Positions 29,721 to 43,508 of a DNA stretch of 64,000 bases are shown piece by piece. How positions within the stretch are numbered: position 1 is the first letter of the stretch; each line of letters opens with the position of its first letter. The stretch is from Octopus sinensis (taxonomy: Eukaryota). The DNA lies in assembly GCF_006345805.1 (NCBI RefSeq), contig NC_043022.1, forward strand, positions 1 through 64,000, given 5' to 3'. Under the pieces are notes generated by a model. That model did no database searches, was not told the DNA's origin, and saw only the letters and a program-made list of their open reading frames with translations. The translations under genes were made by a program, and so were the position numbers.

Positions 29721-30879
29721 TCTTTGGCAGCCCTATACAATACTTTATTCCCATCCATCCCGGCAAGTACAAGCTACATTCCACATGGCATGAAACTACG
29801 ACTTATTGAAAAGAAGACCTGCGTAAACACAACATGAGTGCTACTGAACGGTTGTCAAAACACACATGCTCACTTCTTTCGAACTATGTCTAATCCAGAG
29901 CCAAGTTGACCCAATCCTACAAATGGGGGGAAAACTGGTGCCATTTAGATGTACGTCATTTCGATCTGTACATGTTGAGAGTGGATGGATCAGGTCTGAG
30001 TCACACTGTGCAACAAAATTCCTCTGGAAGTATCTACTGCTTCTTCCCCATGGCCCACTGCTCATGGTGTCTGGACCACATGCGTTCCCTACGCCAACAC
30101 CAGTGATGAGACTACCTTCTCAACCGACTTTAACAGCACCTCATGCAGCTGCAACACCAATGCCCACTTCCCGACTCCAAAATTACCATGACCAGAAATG
30201 CATCTCACCGCCTACCCACAGAGCCACGCCAACTTACCCCACCTTTACCACAAGTGGTATACCCCAACACCCCTTGAAACCCCTGCTTTCCAAAAGTGAC
30301 CCTTGCCTGATGCAGTTTATCCTCCATCCAGCAATTGTCCTGTTAGTCGCTCTGCCAGACTCACAAAGACTAAAAGCCTGATGCATAACTGACACGTTGC
30401 TCCTTGATCGTCACACCGTCAATATTGATTAAGGGTCTCTTGCACTAATTATTATTTTCGTTAATCATTTAATACATATTATTAGTCTTCTTTGCTTCTC
30501 TCAAAGGAATTGGGGAGGGCATAGAGGATGACAACTGAACACTCATATATTATCATTTATTACATACATTCAATTACCCATATTATTAGTTTCATTATCC
30601 AAATATTTTCCTTCACGTTTCATGTATACCGAGGACCTTTTTTTTCATTGCTTCAATCAGTGTACATAAAGTGTTTGTGAAAGCAAAGAGTTTTCACACT
30701 TATTTACTAATGAGCTTCTTCTTATAGGTAAATCACTACCAGAACTAGAAAACAAATTTTGCATACGGAAGCAAGGTCTAGAATTGAAAGGTCACAGAAT
30801 TAACCTACCCAACCATAACCCAAAGTCTTAGTAAGTAGGAAAACAGATAAATCGTAAAGCCCTTCAGGTACATGGCCAT

Positions 30880-31165
30880 CCTCAATATGAAGGAAACAGG
30901 TAGGTAGATGTACTCTGTATAACACATAATAGGTGTAGCAATATCAGAGGAAGGTAAACTGGGAAAATATTTTTTGCATGTGGAAGGTGCACATGTACAG
31001 TAAACACTAAAAGTGTACAGAAAATGGGCTTCATCAAATACCAGAGGAGTACGATAAGATTGTTGAGCAACAAAGTCAGTAGCAGAGGTGGATGAACCAA
31101 GAGTGTGGCTGCAAGAATAAAAATAGGCTGAGCAAATTCAGAGAGCTCCTTCCTCTGTTGGTAAC
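30880..31165 (+). mobile_element. Degenerate RTE fragment spanning the PHD-like finger and the downstream VSSGGG region
   Basis: Reads approximately HNRCSNIRGR.TGKIFFACGRCTCTVNTKSVQKMGFIKYQ...KVSSRGG...SVAARIKIG. Confidence 0.8.
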
Positions 31166-31399
31166 TAAGGTTCTCTCCTTCAGAGTGAAAGTCATATTTA
31201 TTATACCTGTGTGCAGACAACTATGCTACTAGAAGAAGTAGACATAAGAAGGCATTGGACAAGGTGGTAATGCATGATCTTTGACTGTTGAAACTTATAA
31301 AGGCAATGACTAATGACCGACACCTTTCATGACATGCCGTGCCTTAGAAGACAATATATTGTAATTAATTTCCCATCAATTAATTTTTTTCACAACCCC

Positions 31400-31569
31400 T
31401 GCCCACAACACTTATGGAGTGCTTGATGTTAAGAAGAACATCCAGCCATACAAACAATGACAAATCAGACTGGAGTCTGCTGCAGACCCTCAGCTTACCA
31501 GCCCTGATGAAACTGTCCAACACATGCCAGCATAGATAATGGACATTAAATGATGATGATGATGATGAC
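31400..31569 (+). mobile_element. RTE-type 3' end with (GAT)n tail
   Basis: cagactggagtc...catgccagcatagataatggacattaaatgatgatgatgatg, same family as 44480-44603. Confidence 0.75.
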
Positions 31570-32589
31570 AATTCTTTTTGTAAAACTTTTGCATTTTATG
31601 CTGAACATCTAGTTTAAAGTTAATTTTATACATTGAATTTTCATTTCCAGTGAAATCAATTTTAATATTTCAAATTCAAAAATATTTAACAAAATATTAT
31701 GAGAAACTGAAGCAGGTACTACTTCTATATTTGTAAAAACAAAAACAAAAAGAAACAAATAGAGGAAAATGAGCAAAATTGTGCTAAAGTGAAAGTAAGA
31801 AACAGAATACTGTGTAAGGCAAGAGACAACTGTATTTTATGAAAGTACCATATTGCATAAACACAAAAAAAAGAAACTATTGCAGAGGGAATTAAACTGA
31901 AACAGATATCAACATGATACACACAACCCATGCTAGTATGGATAAAATGATTAGATACTTCTGTCTAGAGAAAATTCAATGACAATCTTATGCAACCAAC
32001 AATAACCTCAGATTTATCAGATATTGTAGATGAGCAACAACTCAAGAAAACCTGTCGAAATTCTATGTTCTTACAATGAATTAATTGCAAATATTTAAGT
32101 ATGTAGACAAATAATTTCATGTTTTATATGCATCAATACATGTGTAAAAATAAGTCTCATACCTACGTTCATTTTTCCATCCTAGCATGAGTTTGAAAAA
32201 ATAAGATTTAATAGTTGGGTAACGTTGTCGTAGCTAATGCTAATTTTCTACTAAAGGTTTTTTTTTTCTTTTTCTTTCAAAGTGCAGTTGTAACAAATGA
32301 TACATTTGTACACAAACATGACAAAAGTAAATAGATACCCATTAACACATTGTTATTATAACTTGAAGAGGTTTATATTTTTTTTATTAATTGACATTTA
32401 TATGTTTCAGGTTCTATATGTAACTGTTTAATCATGCCATGTACAAAAGAAGCCTTAAAAATGTCCAATTTACAAAGAGGCCATATGCTGCGCCTATTTC
32501 AAGGCTGACTTAGCCTAAAACCACAGAAAAATTGTGATTCTACTTTCTACAGTAAATAGAGTAATTTTTCAATTCACTAAACGGGAAAG

Positions 32590-33428
32590 TAGTCCATATC
32601 ACCTTACCAGGTAGACTAAGGCCCTCTGACAACACTTTGCTTTCTTAAGAGAAGTGTGTAAGATAATCCTCATTGCAAGGCCTCCAATATAGCAGAATAA
32701 GTTGATGTCAGTCCCAGAATAGCTGTCAGTTATCTCCGCAAAATTGGCTATTATGGCAGAGCAGCAAGAAAGAAGACACTGCTTCGACCAGCCAATATCA
32801 AATGGAGAAAAGATGGACAAGTGAGATGGTAGAGAGGTCACTAGCACTTTGGGACACAGTCAAATTCTCTGATGAATCCAGATTTGCTGTATTTTCTGAC
32901 ACTGGTCGAATGTGGGTCTGGAGAATCAGTCACCAATATTTTCACGTGAATATATTGCAGCCAACAATGAAACATGTGATGGTCTAGGAGCAGTTTGGAG
33001 CAATAGTCAATCAGAAATGGTGGAATGGAATGTGAGGGATACATAAACTCAGATAAATATGTGTCCATATTATAGAAAAATCTTCTTCCTATAACCTCCA
33101 GGAGTTAAATGATTAAATAACACTATTTATGGAAGATAGGGCTTTCTTGCACAACTAAAAGACCCAGGATTGGTTGGAAGAGAATGGCATTAAAAAGCTT
33201 CCATAGCTAAGCCAATCACCAGATATGAACCCTACTGAACACCTCTGAGGCATGATGGATGGGATACTTCCTAAAAAGAAAAAGAAAGCATCCTTAAAGC
33301 CAGATCTTTTGATATTACTGCAAGAAACTTGGCAAGAAAATCATGAAGAGAATATTCATCAGATTAGTAGCATGCCTGCTAGGGTCCTTGCATTCAAAAA
33401 TGCAAGGAGCCTGTCTACTAAATATTAG
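32590..33428 (+). pseudogene. Tc1/mariner transposase remnant
   Basis: WDTVKFSDESRF, LQPTMKH.VMV, SQSPDMNPTEHL and the C-terminal SMPARV....A....TKY-stop, with stops and frameshifts. Confidence 0.88.
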
Positions 33429-34059
33429 ATATTCACATTATAATAATTAATAATAATTAATTAAATAAATTTTAACAATTATAAGGATGTCTATTTAATT
33501 CTGTCATGTCTATGTAGTTTTTGAAGCAAAACACAATGGAAACATTAATATTAAGACCTTTTCAAAAATCTCTCTCAAGCTTTTCATCACACATAAGATT
33601 TTTGACTTCATTCATTCAATTCACTCATTCCAACATGAAAAAATTTTTTCCATCAAAAACTTAGTGATGTTTTCACTGTCTCTAATTTGATCTAGATCCT
33701 CTAAGTGTCTCTAATGCATTCATGCCTTAATTTCAATTTGTTGCCTAGATTTTTCCTCAGGGCCAACTCACCAAACAGAAATTAATGAGAGACCTAATGC
33801 CTTTCATCTTGATCACATAAATACTCCCACATATTTGGTGCTCAAATACAGCATGCTCCACACTAGGAGATTGACAGTTACCCAGTATATGCAAAAATCG
33901 AACACATTTGCAGTACTAAACAAGCCATTACTATTGCATTTTCTGGCTTCATGTTTCCCAATTATATCCCAAATTTTTTATCTCTGCAAATGCTTTCATT
34001 GAAATCACCAAATATGAAGATTTTATAAGCAGAAAGAACACTGCATAGAAGCTTTTTTC

Positions 34060-34200
34060 ATGAAAGATAAAATATTAGTCTTTTTTTCTCTTCAGAGGAA
34101 CACATGGTTGGAGGGTAGACACTTACTAAGGTAACAAATCTCTTGTTTGACAATGGCAATCTCACTGACATCAAGGTAATCAGTAAATCCAAAGAGTTCA
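34060..34200 (-). mobile_element. RTE (BovB-like) APE endonuclease fragment
   Basis: LMSVRLPLSNKRFVTLVSVYPPTMCSSEEKK matches the RLMxLRL...ISVYAPT...EEK..FY pattern. Confidence 0.7.
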
Positions 34201-36043
34201 TAATCTTAGATGCCAATATTTCACAAACATTCAATGGTCTGTACTCTCTTGCAGTAGCAAGATGACACATAGGCCCAGGCTGCAATACTGTGGGACACCT
34301 TCCAAGCCAGACCTTTCACTATCCATTCCACATCCCTCTTTGACATTACTCTAAATTATTTTGATTTTTCAATGAGTATATTTGCTTTTTGTCAACAGTT
34401 ACCTATAACATGCATCACATAATTGATATGGTGTATACACACACATGCAATAAGCTTCATATAGTTCCCATCAACCACTTTCATTAAAAATGCATTTGTT
34501 GATCCCTACCTATAGTCGAAGACTCTTGCCCAAAATGCCACACAGTAGAACTAGACCCTAAACCATGGCATTGGGAAACAAACATATTTTACATTTGCAA
34601 ACATTATATCTTATGGAAATTGTTCAATATACACAGAGAAACAGGTGTTCAATTTACAAACAGCTATGGTTAACTAACAGAAAACTTAAATTAACAAAAA
34701 AGTTATGTACTTACATACAGGTGAAGCTTCGCATGGGGATACTTGTTTTGGTAAAATATACATGTATAAACTGTTGTGGTGAGAGTCATTGGCACCCCTA
34801 TGGGATTGGAAGAATGGACTAGCAAAACTCTTATAAAAAAATTAGCATATTGGTTGAGACAAAGAGAGTCATTGGGAGTTCATGGAAGTTGTTGACATTG
34901 TTCAGAGTTTCTATTTATTAGAGTATTGTGTTTAGTGGAGTAATCTGAAGTAGGTTGTGTGAAGACAGTTGTGTCTATCCACGCTTCGTGAAATTTGCAT
35001 ATCCAACATATAGAAGGATATAAAATAACAAAAGTTCGCATAAACCAATAAGTGTAATCATTCATTTTTTAACCCTGAAAGTAAAAATGAAAAACATCAT
35101 AATAGTAGCGAAAGGAAAATTTTGGCTTTAATATCAGTTCAATACTCTTTATTTGAAGTGACAAGCAGCCAAGTATTATACAAATGGAAACTTTTACATG
35201 TCTCAGGAAAGATATAAATGCAAGCAATGTGAGACCAACTTTCATTAAAACTACACAAGAAATTCATCTAAATTCATTCACAGATTTTATTCTATTAAAC
35301 TTAAGATGGTGGAGAGGCACAATTGTTAGAGTGTTGGCAAAATACATTCCAATATTTCTACCAGCTCTTTATATTCTAGTTTCAAATCCTGTTGAGGCTA
35401 ACTTTGTTTCTCTTCCTTTCATCGTTGATAAAAAAAAGTGCAAGTCAAGTAATAAGATCAATTTAATCAATTAACCACTTCCTCTAAAATTTGAGGCATT
35501 CCCCTGTTTTACAAACATGACCAATTAATCAAATGACTTGGGAAAAAAAATCTGCATGTTAGGAAACAGGATAGCTTTCCTGTCATTCAAATATTCGTGA
35601 AATTTACAATATACCATAATTTCAGCAATTCACATAGTCATATGTAAGAGAGTTCATCATCATTTCACTAAAGATGCATACACTAATATAGAAACTGATA
35701 TTAATTAAGAAATCTTAACCATAAACAATATTTTTTATGCTATTTCACCAATGAGCAACTAATAAGGCAGAGTTTAAATCCATGCTTCCTTCACCAGTTT
35801 ATCATATGGCTCTCAATCCATTCAAGCCTTTATTGCAAAACAGCTCAGTTTGCTAATTCTTTACAAAGGGCAGTACAGGTGAGAAACATAAAATGGACAA
35901 AATGAGTGATGAGTAGAATAAAAAAACATAAGCATCTATCTATTTATCAAGCTATCAAGCAGTCTATCTTTCTAGGTGTTTGGTAGTTGGTATGTCTATT
36001 CTTCTTCTGACTCTATCTATATATTTATCTATGTTACAATCTG

Positions 36044-36045
<2 letters not shown>

Positions 36046-36129
<84 letters not shown>

Positions 36130-36165
36130 TATATATATATAAAGAGAGAGAGAGAGAAAGAGATG
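36046..36165. repeat. Compound (CT)n(TA)n(GA)n microsatellite
   Basis: Read directly. Confidence 0.95.
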
Positions 36166-37139
36166 TACTTGCATAGCGAGTGGCAAGGTAACAGTCAAGT
36201 ATACAAATTGAACTGACACATATTACATAAACATACGTTCGCAAGTACATACACATGTACACACACAGACACGTCTAGGCATGCGCACATACATGTACAC
36301 ATATACATACATAAACACATACATACATACGTACGTACATATATATCATGAACTGTTACTTTCTCAGATGCAGCACGGAATTTTGTCAGTGAAGTCGCAG
36401 TCTCAAAACAACGAAAATATTTTGACAAATTAAATTTAAATATTAAAGTGAATCTAACGGTTTTTGTGTGTTTCTTAAATGGCTTATAAACACCTTCCAT
36501 GCTGCAATTGTTTTCGTTCCAGTACAGCAAAGTTTACCCTTACTAAATCCAAACTCATGTCAGCTTTCTCAAATTACACCCAAAGGCATAAACAAAAACA
36601 AAGAATAAGACTCATGTTCTTGACACCAAAATTAAGAAAGGCCTTAAATTAAAAAATCGTATCAAAAATAAGAGATTGTATGCTTCCCCTCTGACAAATC
36701 AGGTAGAATGTCTGTTGACAACTTATCTAATTACATTCCGAACATGCAACCACACATCACAACAATAACAGAAACAACAACACTCGAGTACATTGAAAAC
36801 AAAAAAGTCCTTAATGGGGATGTGGAGTATCATTCTCCAGTCAAATAATAATTTCTTACTTACTTCTTTCACTCTGCAGGACCAATATTCAATAAAAATT
36901 TCAATAAAAAACTGAATCTCGCGCCATTGAAATCATACAGACGACAATCCCACAATGCTTTGCGAAAAGTCAGACACCAATTTTCAGCCGCCATAGTTCC
37001 GTATTTCCTCGGTGATAAATTAATTTGTAATTCCTTTTTTGTGTCTGCCAAAAATCCCCGTTTTCGGAAAATTGCCAAAAATCGGAATTGTGAAACTTTG
37101 TCCCCGCCTTTCCCCCCAACTTCTTCAGTTTTGACTTTT

Positions 37140-37310
37140 TTTCCCACATGTTGACTGCGGCTATGCTGGAGCACTGCCTTTAGTCGAAACAAATCGATCC
37201 CAGGACTTATTCCTTGTAAGCCTAGTACTTATTCCATCGGTCACTTTTTGCCAAGGCGCTCAGCTTCGTCGACATAAACACACCGACATCGATTTCCAAG
37301 CGAATGTGGG
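37140..37310 (-). mobile_element. SINE 3' half
   Basis: gactgcggctatgctggagcactgcctttagtcga...ggacttattccttgtaagcctagtac. Confidence 0.85.
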
Positions 37311-37466
37311 GGTGGGTGACTAGCACACACGCACACTCACACATGAAGATTTCCATATAAGAAATTTGACTGCTGTTTCTAGCATATCCAGATTTCACTG
37401 CATTTTTTAGCAGTCCACCCTCCTGGAAAATGAATAAAACCAGTCGTGTGTATGTGTATATATATG

Positions 37467-37603
37467 AGTGGCTGTGTGGTAAGTACCTTGCTTATGAACC
37501 ACATGGTTCCGGGTTCTATCCCACTGCATGGCACCTTGGGCAAGTATCTTCTACTATAGTCTTGTGAGTGGATTTAGTAGACGGAAACTGAAGAAGCCCG
37601 TCG

Positions 37604-37687
<84 letters not shown>

Positions 37688-37770
37688 TGTGTTTACGGCA
37701 ATAGAGACCGATAGAATAAGTACTAGGCTTACAAAGAATAAGTCCTGGGATCGATTTGCTCCAGCAAAAA
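37467..37770 (+). mobile_element. tRNA-derived SINE with internal deletions
   Basis: A-box-like TGGCTGTGTGG, B-box-like GGTTCTATCCC, ccttgggcaag core and internal (TA)n(TG)n. Confidence 0.85.
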
Positions 37771-37924
37771 AGAGAGAAAAACACGTTTTCACTCTCTAAA
37801 TAACGATTTCTTTCATAAACAACTAAGTTGATTTGTTATTGGGCTCCTTGTATGGATCTGAGAGTAATTTGACTGCTATTTCTAGCCACCCCACGTTAGC
37901 CTTGTTAATCATGTGAACGTCTAA

Positions 37925-37963
<39 letters not shown>

Positions 37964-38085
37964 GGTAAGGTGGTAGAAAAAGGTCTCTTGTTTAAGAATC
38001 AATATATTTATCCCAATACATCATAATTGACACAAAACTTAAGATAAATGGTTTGACAATAATATTAATAAATTCTTACTTTTTC

Positions 38086-39327
38086 ATTGGGTATTGCATT
38101 CAGTTTTGCATGCTGATAGTATAAAGCTTGAAACTTTCCAGCATTGAACTGCATGCTATTCTTTTCAGCCCACTTGTATATTTCGTCCAGCTCACATTGC
38201 AGGTGTTTAGTGTCCTCAGGGTTCTGTATTGCCTGTGAAACTTTTGTATCATCTGCATAACTTGTGATCGTGGCTCTCTGCATGGCTGAGGGCATGTCTG
38301 AGAGGGCCATTATGAACACTAGTGGTCCCAGAACAGTGCCCTGCGGAACACCACTCACTATTTGTGTGTTAATGGAGGTGGCCCCATTGGCTACTACCAC
38401 CTGACTTCTATCCTTCAGAAAGTCATGAAGCCATTCTCCCAGTTTTCCAACTATGTTGAGATCACGCAGTTTGTGACATATCATTCCATGATCGACTTTA
38501 TCAAAGGCCTTTGCAAAGTCGAGATATATCACTTCCACATTTGAGTGGTTGAGCAGCCGTTTCAGCACCCAGTCATAGTGTTGTAGGAGCTGAGTTAAAC
38601 AGCTTCCCCTGGTCGGAAACCATGTTGGGTGTCGGGCAGCAAGTCATTCTCTTCAAGGAAGGTGATCAGCTTCCTTCTGACTATTTGTTCCATGACCTTG
38701 CTGATGTGTGAGGTCAGAGAGATAGGTCTATAGTTCTTGGCTTCCGCTCTGCTACCTCCTTTATGAATGGGGCATATTTTACCTTCCTTCAGTTTTCCTG
38801 GAAGTTTGCCAGCTGCAAGGAAGCTCTGAAAGAGGAACTGCAGTGGTCTTGCTAGGACTCTCTTACATGCTTTAGGAGGATTGCCGGGAATCCATCGGGG
38901 CCAGTAGCTGAGTCTGTTTTCATTTCATCTATAGCCTTGGTTACATCATCTTCCTTTATATCGATGTAATCTCTAGTCGCCGCCTCGCCTCTGATTTATC
39001 TGCAGTGGTAAAAAAGTCAGTTGGATTGGTGATTTGGAGATGCCCAAGGGGTGGAGTGAAAACACTCTTGAATTGCTCATTCAGTATTTCACTTACCCTC
39101 ATTGGTTTTCCTGTAAGTGTGCCATCCTTTTCGAGGAGTGGCCCTATTCTACAGTGCACTGTAGCTGTTTCTTTGGCATACCTGTAGAAAGCTCTGGGGT
39201 TAGATTTTATGTTTTCTATAGCCCAGGCTTCTTTGTCTGCTCTTTCTTTTTCATGGGAGAGTTGCAGACATTTTTCGATTTCCAACAGTTTTATTTTTAG
39301 GCGGGACTTTTCACTGCTTTCAATTTC
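38086..39327 (-). mobile_element. CR1-clade LINE family B fragment, truncated at both ends
   Basis: GPDG, NYRPISLTSH, YLDFAKAFDKV, GVPQGTVLGP, YADDTK; stops in the thumb region with no 3' UTR or tail. Confidence 0.92.
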
Positions 39328-40577
39328 AGCAATTCATATAGTCATATTGTAAAAGAGTTCATCATCATTTCACTAAAGATGCATACAGTAATATAGAAAC
39401 TGATATTGCCAAATCAGCTTTCCATAGGAAAACTTTCATTAATTAAGAAATCTTAACCATAACCAATATTTTTTATGCTATTTCACCAATGAGCAACTAA
39501 TAAGGCAGAGTTTAAATTCATGCTTCCTTCTCCAGTTTATCATAAGCTTCTCAATCCATTCAAGCCTTTATTGAAAGGTCAATAATCCCAAACAGAAATT
39601 AGTTGTGTGCTTGTGTGTGAGCGCTTGAGCAAGCGCATGTATATCTCTCTTGAGAACAATAGATTTCATAGGTGATACCAGTTATCTCAATTCTAACTTT
39701 TGGTGGCTTGGAAGAGGTCCGGAGGGTCAAGTGACAAAGACATTATTCTGCTTATATAAGCACTCTGGTAAATGTAACTGCTGTCACTCACAGAAAAACT
39801 ATTGTTTTAGCCTGAGAAAAGTGCTGTTGAACTGTTAAGTGAAATTTGGCGATCAACAATCAAATCCACGCAACGCCTGCATGAAACCACTATATCACCT
39901 ATGTCTATCCCTCTATTCATAATCTAACCCAGTGCTATTCAACCATTTCTCACCTATGAACCACCTTAATCCCTGTTTTACTCAGGACGGCTCTCATAGA
40001 CAATCAGTGTTTTAAAAAATCATTAGTAGATTTTTATAATTGCATTTATTAATAATTGTAAAAAGCGCTACCGAAATATTTTGTATGTCACAGAAGTATA
40101 ACCAATTTTATTAACATAATTTTTCACAACAACCCATTTTATCAACCCACAAAGGTCATATGGACCTCATTTGAAAAGAACTGCTTTAATTACTCATCAC
40201 CTAGCACAAACCATTTCCCTCAGTGTTACTCCCCACTCAGTTGAAGTATCTTGTCTTGCAAGTTTCCTGGTAATTTTACTGCTAGTGACACATACAAAAC
40301 ACCCCATACACACTATAAAGTGTTTGGAATCAGGAATGATCGAAACCATGCCAAGGCAGACAATAGAGCTTAGCAGTGTTCTGACAGTAACCATTCCATA
40401 CATTGTTTCTATAAAACGTGACATGTCGTTTGACATGAAAAGGGTCTGCCCTACCAACTTACTCTTCAACAAAAGAGTATGCATGCCCCCCTATGCTGAC
40501 GCTGCTTTAGAAGCTAAGTTTACCCTTACTAAATCCAAACTCCTGTCAGCTTTCTCTAATTACACCCAAAGGCATAA

Positions 40578-41010
40578 ACAGATCAGACTGGAATCTGGTT
40601 CGCCAAACCTCAGTCAAATCATCCAGCCCATGCCAGCATGGAAAGCAGACATTAAACGATGATGATGATATTTATATCTTGCCAAAGATATATGTGTGTG
40701 TAAATATATATACATATCATCATCATCGTTTAACGTCCGTTTTCCGTGCTAGCACGGCTTGGACGGTTCGACCGGGGTCTAGGAAGCCAGGAATCTGCAA
40801 CAGACTCTAGTCTGATCTGGCAGTGTTTCTACAGCAGGATGCCCTTCCTAATGCCAACCACTCTGTGAGTGTAGTGGGTGCTTTTTACATGCCAAGGCAG
40901 GCTGGCAGCGGCCACGATCGGTTAGTGCTTTTTACGTGCCACCGGCACAGAAGCCAGTCAGGGTGGTGCTGGCGTCGCCCACATTCGGATGGTGCTTTTT
41001 ACATACCATA
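40578..41010. mobile_element. Tail-to-tail pair of RTE-type 3' ends
   Basis: ...gacattaaacgatgatgatga (plus) faces catcatcatcgtttaacgtcc... (minus). Confidence 0.85.
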
Positions 41011-41351
41011 TATATATATATATATATGTGTGTGTTTCTATATATATATATATATTTATGTTTACATATATATATATTTGTGTGTTTTTATATATATATA
41101 TATATTTGTGTTTACATATATATATATATACATATATATACATATACATGCATATATATATATATATGTATAGAGAGAGAGAGAGAGAGAGAGAGATATG
41201 CATATATGTTGTTACGCCACCACTCAGAATTCTAGCCCTTCCGATTCCACCACGGACCCTAAGTCGCGACGATGACGCTCAGTAAACCGGAAATTCAAAA
41301 AGTGAAGGGGATGCATATATACATATGTATATGTACATACTTACATCTATA

Positions 41352-41389
<38 letters not shown>

Positions 41390-41469
41390 CATGTATATGT
41401 AGGCACAAGACCTCACGAAACGTGTGTGTATATATATATATATTTATATATATAGCCTTGAAATCAAAA

Positions 41470-42192
41470 TCGATGACTGGCATGCATGCTAGTGGAGCGC
41501 TAAGAGTACCATATGAGCATGATCGTTGCCAAAGCAACAAGCTAGCATCCGTGCTGGTGGCACATAAAAGACACCGTTCGGCGTGATCATTACCTGCGTT
41601 CCCTTACTAGCACTTGTGCTGGTGGCATGTGAACAAAACATTCGAGCGAGGTCATTGCCAGTGCCGCTGGCACATAAAAAGCACCATTTGAGCATAGCCG
41701 TTGCCGGTACTGCCTGACTGGCCCTCATGCTGGTGGCACGTAAAACCACCCACGGGCATCCAACTGCAGAAACTCTGCCAGATCAGACTGGAATCTGGTT
41801 TGCCAGACCTCAGTAAAATCATCCAGCCCATGCCAGCATGGAAAGCAGACATTAAACAATGATGATATTTATATCTAGCTAAAGATATATATATATATAT
41901 ATGCGTGTGTTTGTGTGTGTAAATATATATATACATATCAACATCATCGTTTAACTGGGGTCTATGAAGCCAGGAATCTGCAACAGGCTCCAGTCTGATC
42001 TGGCAGTGTTTCTACAGCACGATGCCCTTCCTAACGCCAACCACTTCGTGAGTGTAGTGGGTGCTTTTTATGGTCCAGGGCAAGCTGGCAGCGGCCACAA
42101 TCGGTTAGTGCTTTTTACGTGTCACTGGCACAGAAGCCAGTCAGGGCAGTGCTGGCATCAGCCACATTCGGATGGTGCTTTTTACATGCCAT
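41470..42192. mobile_element. RTE-type 3' UTR fragments, including a duplicate of 40578-41000
   Basis: ggtggcacataaaaagcacc subrepeats; 41779-42192 aligns with 40578-41000 at an offset of about 1.2 kb. Confidence 0.85.
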
Positions 42193-42193
42193 A

Positions 42194-43220
42194 TCTTTAT
42201 ATATATAAAACTGAGAATGTGTGTCTGTCTGTCTGTGTGTTTCCCTAAAACTTGAGAACTACACAACCAATTTCATTCAAATTTTACACATGCCTTACTT
42301 AGGGTCCATGTAGTTTCATAGGCAAAAAAGAATGTTCGACTTCTTGCCTAGAGCGATCCCTTAGCAATATCATATCTTCTCCACTATTTCAGTATTACGT
42401 GTTAAAAGTGAAACAAAAACATTTCTCTATTTTATGTCAGATACTTTCACTTTAACAATAAAAATAATAATAACAATTGAATTATATGTAGTAAGTAATA
42501 ATTAAAATCAAACTAAAGTATCATATAATCGTAACATAAAAGTAAAAATAGTAATTGGTATAAAATTGCATCAATGACTTGAACAAGTGGTTTCACATGA
42601 ATGGGAATAAATTAAAAATAAAATTAGCGTGCAGAAATGGAATAGTCCAGATGGATAATAAAAAATTAAATTAAAGAAAAGACTATTGTCTATAAAGTAT
42701 ACAATGTAGACAAAAAAGATTTGAACACAAGGAGGAAAGCACGTTCGAAAAGTGTCTTGGTGCAACTATGAAAAATATCTAATCAGAGGCAGTAAATTCG
42801 CCACAATAAAAGCAAGGTTCGAGTCAACGGAGTGTGCAAGGGAGTACCTGACTCGAACTTGCAAAGTGGAAATATCTTATTTTTACTTTTATATCTGGGA
42901 CGTAGGACGTCCCGGAAAAAAATTTTTAATTTACTCCCCCACCCCAGAAGTAGAGGTAGGCTGGATTGTAGCCACACTTCTATACAAGAGGGAGGACAAG
43001 ATACAATTGATCGAATTTACAAGAGACGGGCTAACAATTCCAGTCTGTTATATATTTTGAGTATTGTTATCACTAGCGATATCAAGATATAACTTTGTAT
43101 TTTGTATTTTATGTGTAGATGTATATATATATAGATGTACATGTAATATGTACACATATATATACACATATATACATGCACTAGCACTATGACCCGGCAA
43201 CGACGGGTCTTTAATGCTAG
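42194..43220 (+). mobile_element. Non-autonomous Helitron
   Basis: A|TC 5' end, (TGTC)n near the 5' end, 3' hairpin GACCCG-gcaacga-CGGGTC (43191-43209), then CTAG|T with no TSD. Confidence 0.82.
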
Positions 43221-43508
43221 TATATATATATTTATGTGTTTTTAAATATATATATAATATGTGTTTGTATATATATATATTTGCTGTCAACTTCAGTCGG
43301 AAAATGAATTCCAGCTAAGCAATTTTTTAACTTAATTGAGCCTGTATCTACCAGAAATATTTCTATGCAATTGATGATCTTTAGTTTCCCATGTTTTATC
43401 TCTATTTATGTTATGACTTTTTCACTGTTACTCTGTTTATTTCAGCCTCGCCTCGTGTTATATATTATGTATAATTCATTAGTTCTTCTCAAATATATTG
43501 TTGTTTCT

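Noticed and set aside
29825-30390. 171-aa ORF or a possible decayed LINE
   Set aside because: No recognisable domain; LINE similarity too weak to call by eye
32100-33520. Terminal inverted repeats for the Tc1 remnant
   Set aside because: No convincing matching pair found
35700-35885. Plus-strand exon ending at cag|gtgaga
   Set aside because: No clear acceptor and an unrecognisable peptide; conflicts with the minus-strand signals
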